DNA of 63,569 nucleotides, filler included, from Globobulimina sp. (GCA_003354225.1; 55 parts of 55 records of this genome joined end to end with filler, not necessarily neighbours in it), one strand, 5' to 3'; positions 36,959-50,616 are shown, counted from the first letter of the whole stretch. Notes: generated by a model not told the origin, from the sequence alone. A program made the numbers and translations.

Positions 36959-37278
36959 NNNNNNNNNNNNNNNNNNNNNNNNNNNNNNNNNNNNNNNNNN
37001 NNTTAATTAATTAANNNNNNNNNNNNNNNNNNNNNNNNNNNNNNNNNNNNNNNNNNNNCACATGTCTCAGATCTGCAGCAGGAGCGCAGTCTGGCAACGA
37101 ATCTTTGCCATTGGATATAATGCTAGTGATTGCGGCTAAAAAAAAACTTTTCTTATTTTTCTGAAACACTAAGAAAAAAAAAACATTGTCCCGATTGCTC
37201 ATTCCTTGAACACAACGTGTAGTATAAAATCAAATTAATTTGTCATCAAAAACACACACATTTTCCACGTTAACAATA

Positions 37279-38115
37279 ATGAACGATCCGAGTGATATGG
37301 GTGTTGGAGACGAAGGGCTTGGAGATGAGCATGGCTTTTACTGCGAGGATGACCGTCATACGCAAGAAGCTTATAAACGAAACAAAGGTCGGTTGATTGA
37401 AAACAATCCATACACCGATTTAGAAGAATTCCCCGACGAATCCTCGTTGTTCATTGGCGATTTATCACGTACAGTGACCGAGGACATGTTATTAAAATTA
37501 TTCAGTGAGTGTGGGCCCGTCGACGGCGTCGACATCAAACGCGACAAAGTGACCAAAAATAATTTAGGTTATGGCTTTGTGAAATTCAAAGACCGCCAAC
37601 AAGCCGAACGGGCCAAGCACAAAATGAATGGCTACGAGATTGGAGGCAGAGCCATTCGCATTGGCTGGGCCCAGAAAAACACGAATTTGTTCGTCTGCTT
37701 AGTGGGCGATGTGGAGGAACGCATCACCGGCGAGCATCTCCGCGACATCTTCCACGATTTCGGGCCGATTTATGAGGAGGACACCTTTGTGAAGCGCAAC
37801 AAATACGGTTTCGTCAAATTTAAACATCGCGCCCACGCCGAAAAGGCCAAAGCGGCGCTGGACGGCAAGCATTTGATGCTGCAAAATGGATACAAGACGC
37901 AGAAGCCTGTGCGGATCGGGTGGGGCGACGCCAATACACAGAGGAATTGTGTGCATGTCCAATTTGAGCAGAACAGCGCCTCCAATGTGGACCTCAAGGA
38001 AGAGGATTTCAAGCAGCAATTTCAGAAATTCGGCGTGGTGAATAAGGTGAGTTTGCCCCGCTATTCTGATAAGCGACTAAAAGGTTATCGCTTCATCCAT
38101 TTCGAGGAGAATGAC
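37279..38115 (+). CDS. Multi-RRM RNA-binding protein (partial)
   Basis: LFIGDL / LGYGFVKF, KYGFVKF, KGYRFIHF RNP motifs (three RRMs). Confidence 0.9.
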
Positions 38116-38508
38116 NNNNNNNNNNNNNNNNNNNNNNNNNNNNNNNNNNNNNNNNNNNNTTAATTAATTAANNNNNNNNNNNNNNNNNNNNNNNNNNNNN
38201 NNNNNNNNNNNNNNNCGATCTGCACAATATATAAAAGTGAAAAAGTAACATAAAAATATAAGGAATATAAAAAAATGCAAAACCAGAATTACTATGATCG
38301 AGTAACAAAATGATCATAAAAAATAGACAAAAAAGTATATTTAATTTATATGTAAAAAAGTAAAAAAGTAAAATAAAACAAAAACAGATTTAATATCCAA
38401 ATAAACCAAAAGTGACATCCAATCAAATAAAATCACATAAACAAAACAAAAAATACATACATAGACAAAGGTTAATCAATATTATATAGCTCCCTTTCTT
38501 CGCAAATT

Positions 38509-39272
38509 TTAATTTTCATCATCACAGAATTCTCTTTGATGAGGACGGCATCGACGACATTCCATCAACCAATTTTCATGATATCCATTAATATTACATC
38601 CTTTATTCTTTATTATACAATTTTCTGAGCAATGTTCGATATCATATTGCTTATTCAGTAATGTTTTGGGAAATTCTCTAGAATCTGAATATAAGTCACA
38701 AATTATCATCCAATTCTCGCACATTACACTCAAAATATTTATCAATTTCTCCAATTTATTAACAGCGGCAATATCTGTGTCCATGTAATAAAATCGCATT
38801 TTAAGTCTATGTTTTTTGCAATTGACATTTTCTAATGATTCAATTAAAACATCCAACAGAGCCAATTCGTGTTCTTGTAGGGTGCCGTATAGATTGACAC
38901 CAATATATTTTAAAGTTTTCATCATTTCATTAATCCATATTTGACATTTATCAAAATCCTCGAGCTCCGTCTCCGTAACACGTTCAATATAAAGTCTCTC
39001 CAAACATTTCATATTATGTTCAGTAAATGTCCAGTATCCTTTAAAATATCCTAAATGTAATTCTTTTAAGTTATTAATTTTCCGATATGTAATCTTATAC
39101 TCTTTATCAAAATGTAATGACTCTAAATTACAACTATTATCACATTTCGATAGAATCTTTTCGATTAATTCCGTCATCTCCTCTTCAACATCATCGATTG
39201 CGATTCCTTTTAAGTTTTTGAGAAATTCATGATCGATTTCATAATTCTTAAACGAAAACGATTCAAATTCAA
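38509..39272 (-). CDS. Hypothetical protein C-terminus, LRR-like (5' partial)
   Basis: LESLHF, LKELHL, LERLYI motifs. Confidence 0.5.
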
Positions 39273-39372
39273 NNNNNNNNNNNNNNNNNNNNNNNNNNNN
39301 NNNNNNNNNNNNNNNNTTAATTAATTAANNNNNNNNNNNNNNNNNNNNNNNNNNNNNNNNNNNNNNNNNNNN

Positions 39373-39742
39373 CCTTTTTTGGCGATAAACCAAAACAATT
39401 TTCACGCAACAAACTTAATAATGCATTGGTTCCGCTATTGTATAAACCGCCAATCATTGCACTTTTATACTTATATTTGTAGTCAATGTGGAGGCCATTT
39501 CTTTCATATTTGTTGCAATACTCATCATCGCCATAAATAAATACTTTTGAGAAGTCATAAGTAGTGATATTGCTTAATGCCAGATCATTATCGTAATGTG
39601 TATTAATTGAATATAATTCGGCGATCGCTGGGAGTGCGTCCTTGTCACTGCCCACATTAATGATAAATAGGTTCATTAGAATAAACAATGAAATTATGAT
39701 AAGCAAAATGATTAAAACAAGTTTGGATCTTAACCGACGCAT
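39373..39742 (-). CDS. Type II membrane protein, sulfotransferase-like (partial)
   Basis: N-terminal TM anchor; GLYNSGTNALLSLL resembles a PAPS-binding loop. Confidence 0.45.
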
Positions 39743-39906
39743 TTTTGCAAGTTTTGTTCTCAAAACTTTTGAATGTTCGGACTTTGCCACTTAAGCTTAT
39801 CCACATAACTCAATCAGATGGGACTTGTTGAATGTCGCAACAGCCGCGAAGTTGAGATAATTGCATCTTCCATTCATGGAAATCATCGACTTGCAATTTA
39901 AAGAAT

Positions 39907-40310
39907 ATGTTTGTCCAAACCTCATTGCTCAATCAATACAGCAAACATTCCAACAACATTTCAAATTGTATCAATATATTTCATTCAATCTCAAACAATA
40001 AGAGAGATTTGGTGGGAACGTGTGCGATGATGAATGCATTTATTAGATTTGGATGTGATGAGAATGTCTTGTTATTGTATGAGCAAAATGCAGCATAATA
40101 AAAATGAAAAAAAAATTATCTTATTTTTACAATTTAGCCATCAGAGCTTGCAAAAACACAAATAATTTGCAAAAAGGCCAGGAAATCCATATGTTGTTAA
40201 AAGAAAACCATCCAATCCTTTATAGAAACGATTTTGTCATAGCTTCCTTGATTAGTTTTTATGGACATTTCCGACCTACAAAAGATGCATTGAATGTGTT
40301 TAATGGATAA
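39907..40310 (+). pseudogene. Frameshifted pentatricopeptide-repeat (PPR) gene
   Basis: FVQTSLLNQYSK, AMMNAF, LAIRAC..LQKGQEIH, FVIASLISFYG..ALNVF split across frames. Confidence 0.7.
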
Positions 40311-40529
40311 TGACAAAAATAAATATGCTCTTTCTTTATACAATAAGTTTGGTGCAAAATCATGAGAAATACGATGATTTGTCACATTTTATTGGCAATA
40401 AAAATGTGTATGAAAAGCAACAATTACAGNNNNNNNNNNNNNNNNNNNNNNNNNNNNNNNNNNNNNNNNNNNNTTAATTAATTAANNNNNNNNNNNNNNN
40501 NNNNNNNNNNNNNNNNNNNNNNNNNNNNN

Positions 40530-41137
40530 AATAAATGTTAATTTTGTGCAGAACTACATTGGAAAATGTGCATAGGTTTTCGATTGAGAATTTAATGTTT
40601 ATTACGGAATATGTTATGGTCAAAAAACTGATGATGAGCGACGAACAGTTAAAAGCATTAACACAACATTTAAACTTGGATTATGATTTGACGTTACATG
40701 AATCACTGACGAATAGCTGTTTAATTGCAAGGGAGTATGGAGAGACTAAATGCTTTATGGATGCAGCAAAAGCATTATTTTTGAAATATATTAATCCGAG
40801 AACTTCCGCATTGGAAATAAATTTACCGTTTAGAATGTCGCAAAGCTTGATATATAAATTTAAATCGTTTGCGATAAAGGAAATGCTTGATGATGATATA
40901 GCGGCAGTGATGCAATTATTTGATGATTCGGCCGATGCAATTTCTAAATTAATGAATGATAGTTTTGCACGATTTAAATATACGGAAACCTTTCAGAAAC
41001 TCATAAAACACGTTGATGAAAATGAGGATATGGACGGCATCGTAAAACTATCTTCAAATAAAAGAAATAGCGAGCAATTAAGTGTTCGAATGGAAAAAAT
41101 AACGAAATTACCAAGTTTCTCAGTGTCCAGATCATAA
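40530..41137 (+). CDS. RGS-domain protein C-terminus (5' partial)
   Basis: FSIENLMFI, FLKYI, LEINL, LMNDSFARF. Confidence 0.85.
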
Positions 41138-41686
41138 TCTGTTCACTGTCGCACTGAAAAGCATATGATTAAAATTGTTACAAAATGCTTTGTAAATATT
41201 TCATTTTGTTAATTTTATGGTGTTGTTCTTATATCACGCGACATGTACGGATAAAAAAAGGAAGCATCTTAAATAAGTTTTTAATTTTCAAAAGTCAGTT
41301 ATAAATTGTTCATGATCAGTCTTCTATAAATCAATAATCACTTTGTCTTTTGATTTGAGTTGTGGCATTTTACAGACTTTGATCTGTTTCAATTTGCTTT
41401 GCCTCAAATTGGCATGATAACCACAGTAATCCTTGACTTGTACGCAAAATGTAAAAAGTATCGTAAACCAAATGACAGAACTCTTATTCCACTCCCATAC
41501 AAAGTCTAATTCTTTACAAATTGAGTTTGGTAAATAATGGCTTAATCAGCGAATACATAACAAGATGGCAATAAATACGAAATACCNNNNNNNNNNNNNN
41601 NNNNNNNNNNNNNNNNNNNNNNNNNNNNNNTTAATTAATTAANNNNNNNNNNNNNNNNNNNNNNNNNNNNNNNNNNNNNNNNNNNN

Positions 41687-42743
41687 AATTTATTATAATT
41701 AAAAAGCCGAGACGATATTTTTTTATTTTTTTTACTACTCATAAATGGAGTCATTGTTTTATTATAATTATTATTATCATCCTCCTCTTCATCCCCATCC
41801 ATTATATCACCTCTTTGTATATATTTATTGGCCCCGGCTTCATTCCTCCTCATTATTTCTAATATAATTTGATGTGCTATTTTTTCCTTTAAATATTCAT
41901 TTATATATTTAAATTGTGCTAATTCCTTATATTCTGGCTTTGAAAATGCATAAATTGATAAATTATGTACTGCTGGTTTTAATTGTAAACAATTTGACGA
42001 TTTCTCCGATTTAATATAATTCAAACCGCATTCAATCATTGTATTAATAATGGATATAAAATGGCTCTTTGTTGATACTTGAAATTGATGATTATTCTGA
42101 TTATTTTTATATCCATCATATTTACTGTTATTATTATCAAAGTCATTGTTATTCCATCTCTTTTGAGTGAATATAAGAAACGGAACGGATGGAATTAATT
42201 CTGTTACACATGAATTTATATTGAAACCTCTCGCTAATATTGACGCATACTGACATACATCAAATGTAACATTATCATTCTCAGACTCATTAACTTTCCG
42301 TGTCGTACTTATATCGGATTGATTGAATAAAAATTGTTGAACTATATTCATATTTTCTTTATATTTGACACGATTTTTATATGCATTTGATGGATATTGT
42401 AACTTTTTAAATGTCTCCGTGGCGCATTGTTCGTGTATAGCAATCATCAAAAATGGTAAATATCCCATTAATATAAACTGTTTCTTGTGATTTATAATAC
42501 GTTTCAATTCATCATATTGTTCAATTAATTGCGCGCATTCAAATGTAATACGAAACAATGGATCGACATATCCCAAACCCAAATAATTCTCCACTACGCC
42601 ATCCATAATCTTATTATCATTGCTTCCACCAAACCCATATATCATTGAACCTATCTCGCGCCATTTGTCCCTCTTTCCATTCGCCACTGTTTTTTCCTTC
42701 TTAGATTTTAATATTTTAGCCCAAACATCAAATATATTTTGCG
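41687..42743 (-). CDS. CHTF18: CTF18-like (alternative clamp loader subunit), internal fragment
   Basis: IFDVWAKIL, KIMDGVVENYL, KKQFILMGYLPF, LQYP, LKEKIAHQI. Confidence 0.6.
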
Positions 42744-44000
42744 NNNNNNNNNNNNNNNNNNNNNNNNNNNNNNNNNNNNNNNNNNNNTTAATTAATTAAN
42801 NNNNNNNNNNNNNNNNNNNNNNNNNNNNNNNNNNNNNNNNNNNTACACAGATCTCAAACCAACGCTATAATCCAGTCCTCCTATCACCTATGAACTCATT
42901 CTACCAATTTTCGCGACAGCTGACAACAATGAAGCATTGGAATCAATCATGTATACAATGATACAATTAAAAACAGATGATGTAAATAAATACATATTGA
43001 ATCAAATTTTATATATTTTATTGACGATAACATTCTATGTAAGTTTACTGTGATGGCTCACCAATGATAAATACAGCGGATAACGGAGAAGATGTGAATA
43101 ATAATATTGTGTGGGAATTCGACAACGAATTTTATTTAATAAAAGAGACTCAGCGGAGTGCACCACAGCGTGTCCAATCCGTTATGGATTGATTTAGTTT
43201 GTGATAGAAATAGGTTTAAACATTGTCGAACATATACGGCCAGGCATACATAATCTGACCATCGATGACTGTCTAACTATTCATTGTAGAGAGAAATTAG
43301 TGTTTTTATGTGAGAATGCCGTTATAATGTAGGACACCGTGACAGTCAGACGATTATTCCACGACGCAAACGATAAATATATTGATATAATGTCATCACA
43401 TTGTAAGTGATAGAAAATGTTGGTTTGATATTGAAGAAGAAATTTGGTAATATCTGCCATCGCCGTCGTGGATATGTCATACGATCATTGACAATGTGAT
43501 CGATAATATGTAGAGTCGATTGTGCGTGAAGTTGAAACTTGCGAGCAATTCATATTCAAACTATGTCATGAGTCACAAACGGAGTTATTGCATCGTATGC
43601 AAAATGCGCGAACATGGATCGTGTTGTATAGGTCACGATTGTCTGCCAAGTCCACCATTACACACAATTTAGTCAAGAATTATTTGTGAAGAAAGGACTT
43701 TCTGTCCAAGGTACCGCAGCCATATTGGCGGGATTTTGTAGTTTATCATATGGTTTTATTTCATTTTCTGTGTTTGTTTTTTGTTTTCTGTGTGTTTATG
43801 TTATTGTTTTCCATTTGTACGGATGCAAAATATAGTCAGACGTATACAAATGGAAAGTAATGATCTGCCTTCTCAGCTGCCGCGAAAATGTGATAGAATT
43901 NNNNNNNNNNNNNNNNNNNNNNNNNNNNNNNNNNNNNNNNNNNNTTAATTAATTAANNNNNNNNNNNNNNNNNNNNNNNNNNNNNNNNNNNNNNNNNNNN

Positions 44001-44622
<622 letters not shown>

Positions 44623-45157
44623 TCTTGGGAGTCACTTTGAAGAGAAGTATATAACGTTTTCAACTACAGACTTAAAAAATGACCGGCTCGCAACTCTGCG
44701 GGCGGAGCGTTATTACTTCTCAGGCATTAGATTTAGATCAAAGTTGTATTTTGTGGTATATTGACCTTTGTACCCCTATTGTAAGCCCCCTAGTATTCAC
44801 TACTTTAGTATCTTAGACCTTAGCTAGTCACTAACCCATTCTACCTATACTCCACGATATACCACAATTTATACAGCAGAAAACTAAACGAGTATGAACT
44901 ATACAAAAATAATAAATATATTAAATATATATATATAATAACATCATTTGTCATTATAAATAAGACAAATGAGAGATAGAATGCTGATCTTTAATGCTTG
45001 ACTTTACACGTTGCTGTTCTTTAGAATAATCATAAACCAATTCTGCTGAGGAAAAATNNNNNNNNNNNNNNNNNNNNNNNNNNNNNNNNNNNNNNNNNNN
45101 NTTAATTAATTAANNNNNNNNNNNNNNNNNNNNNNNNNNNNNNNNNNNNNNNNNNNN

Positions 45158-46214
45158 CAGAATTAGTTGTAATCCAATATATAAACTCTGAAATGTCATA
45201 TTCCTGTGAATCCTCTCTCCAGTCATCGTTATCATAAATATTTGCAAACTGAAACTCATTGCTTTTCACAGTTAATTCTAAATGTAATTGTCTCTGATAT
45301 ATGCGATGTAAAATATGCTTTGGCATTTTTGAAGCAATGCAATACGAAATCCGTTCTGGATTCAACTGATGAATCGTATTAAGTAAACCTAATCCATTCG
45401 GACTGAATGAATCGCCGCAGTGCACCGTGCGGTTAATTCCCAGTCGCTTTGCTCTACGAAACACATCAAAGTGTAATCTCGAATGATATTTTAGCTCATG
45501 GCCACCAAACAAATCTATGCCCACAATGTGACACTGATTATTGCGCAAATCTCGATATTTAAAGGCTAAATCGAGGATATTCTCATTTAAGTCTGGCCGA
45601 TATCGCAAACAAGATAACAATGGATGTATTTGGATATTGTATTCTTTACAGCCTCTTTCTAGTCCTTTTATAACGGATTCAATCACGCATTCCAGCTCAT
45701 TTTCCAATTCTTTCTTATTTATTATATTCATATTACTATTTATGTAGTCCTCCTCCGGGACAACTTCATCGAATTCATTTAACGCGATGGCATCACTCAT
45801 TGTGGTGTCAAATGATTTGCAAAGCAAGTATGGATTGAAGCGGATCTCTGTGTAATACACTTTATTTTTATATTGCCGGGCACATAATTCATAGGCAACG
45901 CGTTCAATTCCTTGGTAATTTCCGCCGAGTATTGCGCATAAAAAACGATGTTTATCATAAAATGTGTCATCGTCAGATATGTCCGACTCCGATGGTATTG
46001 GGGATTGGATATAAGATAATAAATCGTGCTTATTTTCAAATGATATCAGGTTGTTGTTGTCGTGTTTTTTGATTTGGTACAGATCCCATAAAGTATTCAT
46101 ATTCATTGTTCCCTCCAAATGCAAATGCTGTAAATTAATATGTTATAAATTGATATTAAAAATGTACAATAAATATATTACTAAACAAGCTCAACAAATC
46201 GAGGTTCTGTTGGT
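45158..46214 (-). CDS. Adenosine deaminase-like protein with divergent active site; intron 46128-46186; partial
   Basis: FVELHLHLEG, YYTEIRFNP, IVGIDL.G.E, RTVHCGD. Confidence 0.85.
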
Positions 46215-46644
46215 NNNNNNNNNNNNNNNNNNNNNNNNNNNNNNNNNNNNNNNNNNNNTTAATTAATTAANNNNNNNNNNNNNNNNNNNNNNNNNNNNNN
46301 NNNNNNNNNNNNNNGCGTACGTGGGAACATTTGAAGTTTGTAGTTTTTTCAAGGAATTTGACCGACCAAATTATTGAATGTATATTAATATTTATTTCCG
46401 CAGTAAAAAGAGGAGTATAATTTGAGTCTATAAAAACTTATCTTTTTTGTATTTGGTTATAAAAATCAATATCAACTTGTTCAATCAATCGAGAAAATTC
46501 ATATAGAGCCATATCATATTGATTATATATTTCAACAGTACGTCTTTATCTTTTTTTGTCAGTGCTCCACAAATGCTCGAAGATGAGAGGATGCTTCCTC
46601 TTTCTGAATGTTTTGTCATCCATTTTGCTTTTACTGCAGCTGTG

Positions 46645-47371
46645 CTAGAAACATTTTTTTGCAATTTCAAATCCAAATACTTTGTGACTTGTTGCAAGCA
46701 AATATATATCCCAAATAGTACCAAATGTATATCGTTCCATTGGCAAAATATAATCTATTTTTAATAAAAAATGAAGTGCATTTATAAAATGTTGATAGTT
46801 AATCGATGATCGAGGAACGTAATTTGATAACATCAGGTAATTATCATTGGATTCATTATATCCTAAAAAAGATGTTATTATATTTGAACCCATTTTAGTT
46901 CGAATGTAGGGAATATTAACATGACCACCAAACTGTGATATATTAGATCGTGTGGTTTGGACAATATATTTAGAATTATTAATAAGTAGCCTTTTATGGT
47001 CATGATCAAACCTTATATCTACTGGAAAATATCTATATGTTTCCATATGGTCTGAACAATTTTTAGTTAAATGCACATGCGACGAATCCAATGATAATTC
47101 ATTTATTATTCTTTCAACGTCATTTGCATTATTGATTGGTAAATATTGTTGATAAAATGTATTGTTTTCAGATTGAAATAAATCAATATGAATATTTTTG
47201 AAGTGTTGAGGTTTTGTCAAACGAACAAAATCTGTGCCATCAATATTCCATATAGCACATGACGGTGATTTTAACTTAATTGTTGAGTCATTTTCTGTTA
47301 AATAATTCATACGCATATTTTGCAAAAATCGTAAGCTGTCTATATTAAACTGGTGCGTTTGTGAGCAAATA
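46645..47371 (-). CDS. Hypothetical protein (partial)
   Basis: Long ORF, no recognised motif. Confidence 0.4.
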
Positions 47372-47471
47372 NNNNNNNNNNNNNNNNNNNNNNNNNNNNN
47401 NNNNNNNNNNNNNNNTTAATTAATTAANNNNNNNNNNNNNNNNNNNNNNNNNNNNNNNNNNNNNNNNNNNN

Positions 47472-48330
47472 CTGTTCCACCAATATTCTATGGCCGCTAT
47501 GTGGACGATATTTGTGTTTTAATTAAGGATCGTGCAGCATTAGATACCCTCTTATCATCCCTCAATAAAGCTGATTCTGAAAAGCGGATTATTTTTACAC
47601 TCGATTCGAGACAAATGGTTGTTTGCCATTTTTAGACAGTCTCTTGGATCGTAATGACAATAATCTGACTATTCCTGGTCTCAGTGGTCCATTAGCAAGT
47701 TTTTTGAAACGTTGGAACATATCTATTGGTTATCGAAAACAACAGACACTTGGTCATTTACTCTACAAACGATCCCCTGAAACTGAATATTTTGATCAGC
47801 AAAACGTCATATACAAAGTTGATTGTCCTTCTTGTGATAAATGCTACATTGGACAAACAAGGCGGAAAGTTAGAGTCAGATTAAAGAATCACAAAGATGC
47901 GATTAGACTGAATCACAATGATAATGCTATTTCTTCTCATGTAACACATTATGGACATCGAATTGACCCTTTCACTGGAGAGATAATTGCAAAAGATAAC
48001 AGAGTAGACCTATTGTTGGCAAAGGAGAATTTATTGATTGATGCAGCCAATACCATGAACATTACTAAAGGCTGGGCAAACAAAGCGTTGGTCCAGTTAT
48101 TATCCAGTTAAAGGAGCCTAGTTTGATTAGAGTTGTTTTCTTGCATTTTTATCTGCCTTTGTTTCTGTACTCTATAGTAGAAGAGAACAAATTTTTAATT
48201 ATATTTCTGTATTTACAATGTAAGTGATTCTTATCTTTGCTACTTTTGTAATTTATTATGTCTTATTTGTGTTTTTAGTGTACTCTGATGATGGCCCGCG
48301 TTTCTGGGTCGAAATATTAGAACATAAAAG
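47472..48330 (+). mobile_element. Penelope-like retroelement (RT C-terminus + GIY-YIG endonuclease), internally deleted and frameshifted
   Basis: YGRYVDDICV, LPFLD, NVIYKVDCPSCDKCYIGQTRRKVRVRLKNH..H..H; stop 48111; 3' hammerhead. Confidence 0.92.
48272..48330 (+). ncRNA. Minimal type I hammerhead ribozyme
   Basis: CTGATGA (48285) - stem II GGCCC/GGGTC - GAAA-TAT-T; stem I GTGTACT/AGAACAT; downstream of Penelope ORF. Confidence 0.75.
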
Positions 48331-48689
48331 TTTTCATCTCGCTAGATACCGTCAAAACATTTATTGAAAATTCCCAAAGCATCTCTTTATTCAAAAAAGG
48401 TAATTTAGGAATAGGGAATTTGAAGCCCACGATTTCAACTCAATCGCTCAAAAAGCATATACTTAAAAACAGGATGGAATCCTTAACGATAACACTTAAT
48501 ATTTACTTTAGACTGCGTAAATGGTAAANNNNNNNNNNNNNNNNNNNNNNNNNNNNNNNNNNNNNNNNNNNNTTAATTAATTAANNNNNNNNNNNNNNNN
48601 NNNNNNNNNNNNNNNNNNNNNNNNNNNNAGGGTTACGGTATCGTATACGGTAAATGTATAAAAATATGGAATTTTTGAAGAAATTTTTT

Positions 48690-49685
48690 TTATTTTAAAA
48701 TACACGAAAATAGGGAAATTATAATAATAGTTAAAAATCCGTTTTCACAAGAGTTATAAGTCATGTCAATGAATACAATGTTATGAGCAACTAAACATGA
48801 CTTTCTGAAAAAATGCAGCATTTGATCACTTGCCATAAATGCCCGAACAGATGATGTAGTGAGGCCTTTTTCGAAAGCTCTCAAAAACTTTCCATTTGCC
48901 TCGAATTACATTCGGAAAACTTTGTCAAAATCCGTTCTCTGAGAACTGCCGCCTTTGCCTTTTTTGCTACCAGGGGTATCCCATGCAATACTTCGCGCTT
49001 GCTGTTTGGATCGAGGAACAAAAGCGGGAGCCATATCGGCTGCATTTCCAGTTTGTTGAGCAACAGAATGAATGTTTTGTTGGGGGGTAAAATGTTTTGC
49101 TTGTTCACGCATTTTGATCATAACACTTTTGGCAGTCGGTTGGAATGGCTTAGACTTATCTTTACTATTACCATGCGATATGTTCATAAAATCGAAAGGG
49201 TCACACAACCACTCATATGAAACAATAGCCCATTTAGGAGCAACCAAATACTCATCCAAATATCCAATAAAAATAGATTTTTTGAATTCTTTTGCTACTG
49301 GGTGCCTGTAGAAACGACGCCTTATTTTCATATCAACCCTGGCATCTTCTGACATTTTCTTCAGTTTTCCAGAGTTTTGCTTTTTCACTGATCTCAAATT
49401 TGAATCAACTGAATAATACATTGTTTCACCAGAATTACCACCCCAAGAACCATAAGAGTCCCTAACAATGTCATCAGGATGTTTCAGCTCTGACAATAAT
49501 ACCTGTATTTTACAGTATTTTGCATTAATAAAACCCATTATAAACGAGAAAAAATTATTATGACAAAAACTGAAAAGGCCTAATTTTTGTGGTGAGCGCT
49601 GTTTTAAACCGCGTACGACAGCGGAGTGGCGGTGCGGCTTTTGGCGGTGCGCGGTGCGGCGGTGCGGCTTTTGGCGGTGCGGCTA
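48690..49685 (-). mobile_element. Degenerate Mutator-like (MULE) transposase remnant with GC-rich tandem repeat at contig end
   Basis: SDQML..IVFIDMTYN motif in 48690-48884; broken ORFs upstream; GCGGTGCGGCTTTTG repeats 49621-49685. Confidence 0.5.
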
Positions 49686-49848
49686 NNNNNNNNNNNNNNN
49701 NNNNNNNNNNNNNNNNNNNNNNNNNNNNNTTAATTAATTAANNNNNNNNNNNNNNNNNNNNNNNNNNNNNNNNNNNNNNNNNNNNTGAGAAATACTATTT
49801 AAGAGTACATTTATTTTATAATCTTTGCAACATTTATTTGATTCTCGT

Positions 49849-50616
49849 TTACCACATCCATACAGGTCCCGAGACACGCACTGAGCAAACTGGCGTTATA
49901 TTTGAGCGAGCCTCCGAACCTAAAAACACATCGTCTTCATCGTATTTTAAAGTCCGTGATATTTCTTGCAATTCCTCAAAAACCATCGTTCTCAACAAAT
50001 CCTCAAATGGTTGCGACGAAAACTGCAATATATCCACCATGGCATTATAATCATACCCGATGCAATCCGAATAAGTCAAATACATTACATCCACATTATT
50101 AAATTTCTTATATTTCTTTCCCTGAATGATGTGCGGCGGCGGCAATATTGGCGGTAACTCCTTTGTGTACATGTAACGAAACATATGTTTTAATGCATAC
50201 TCGTCGTATTTATGAATGTGTAATATATGAATGAATTCAATAAATTGCGGGAACGTCAGCAATCCGCTGGGAATGAACTGATAATTTGGAAAACTCGAAG
50301 CGGATTCGAGCGATATAGTTAATTTTCGAACATCATCATATAATTCGATAGCATCATCATCCTCAAGTTTTTGCGCAGAGATGGTTAATATGGACGGAAT
50401 AACAAAGGGCTGCGCGGAAGAGAGCTTAGATATCGTTGAAAATGTTGTAGATGGAGTTAATGGTGTTTTTGTGATCATATTTGTGTCGCTTGCAGATACA
50501 CTTACTATTCCATAGCCGGCATGGCGACGGCCACGGCCACCTGTGAATGTATCATTGTTTAATAAAGTAACTGTGTCCTTTTTTTTGGTGTTGGGAATTC
50601 TAACGCAACAGCCCAT
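49849..50616 (-). CDS. Hypothetical protein with MGCC N-terminus (possible myristoylation/palmitoylation)
   Basis: 255-aa ORF beginning MGCC. Confidence 0.5.
   Translation of the reverse strand: MGCCVRIPNTKKKDTVTLLNNDTFTGGRGRRHAGYGIVSVSASDTNMITKTPLTPSTTFSTISKLSSAQPFVIPSILTISAQKLEDDDAIELYDDVRKLTISLESASSFPNYQFIPSGLLTFPQFIEFIHILHIHKYDEYALKHMFRYMYTKELPPILPPPHIIQGKKYKKFNNVDVMYLTYSDCIGYDYNAMVDILQFSSQPFEDLLRTMVFEELQEISRTLKYDEDDVFLGSEARSNITPVCSVRVSGPVWMW

Noticed and set aside
42844-43900. Coding-like but stop-riddled contigs (also 9273-10330, 32431-33487, 62513-63569)
   Set aside because: No motif recognised with confidence; probably pseudogene, intron-rich or intergenic DNA
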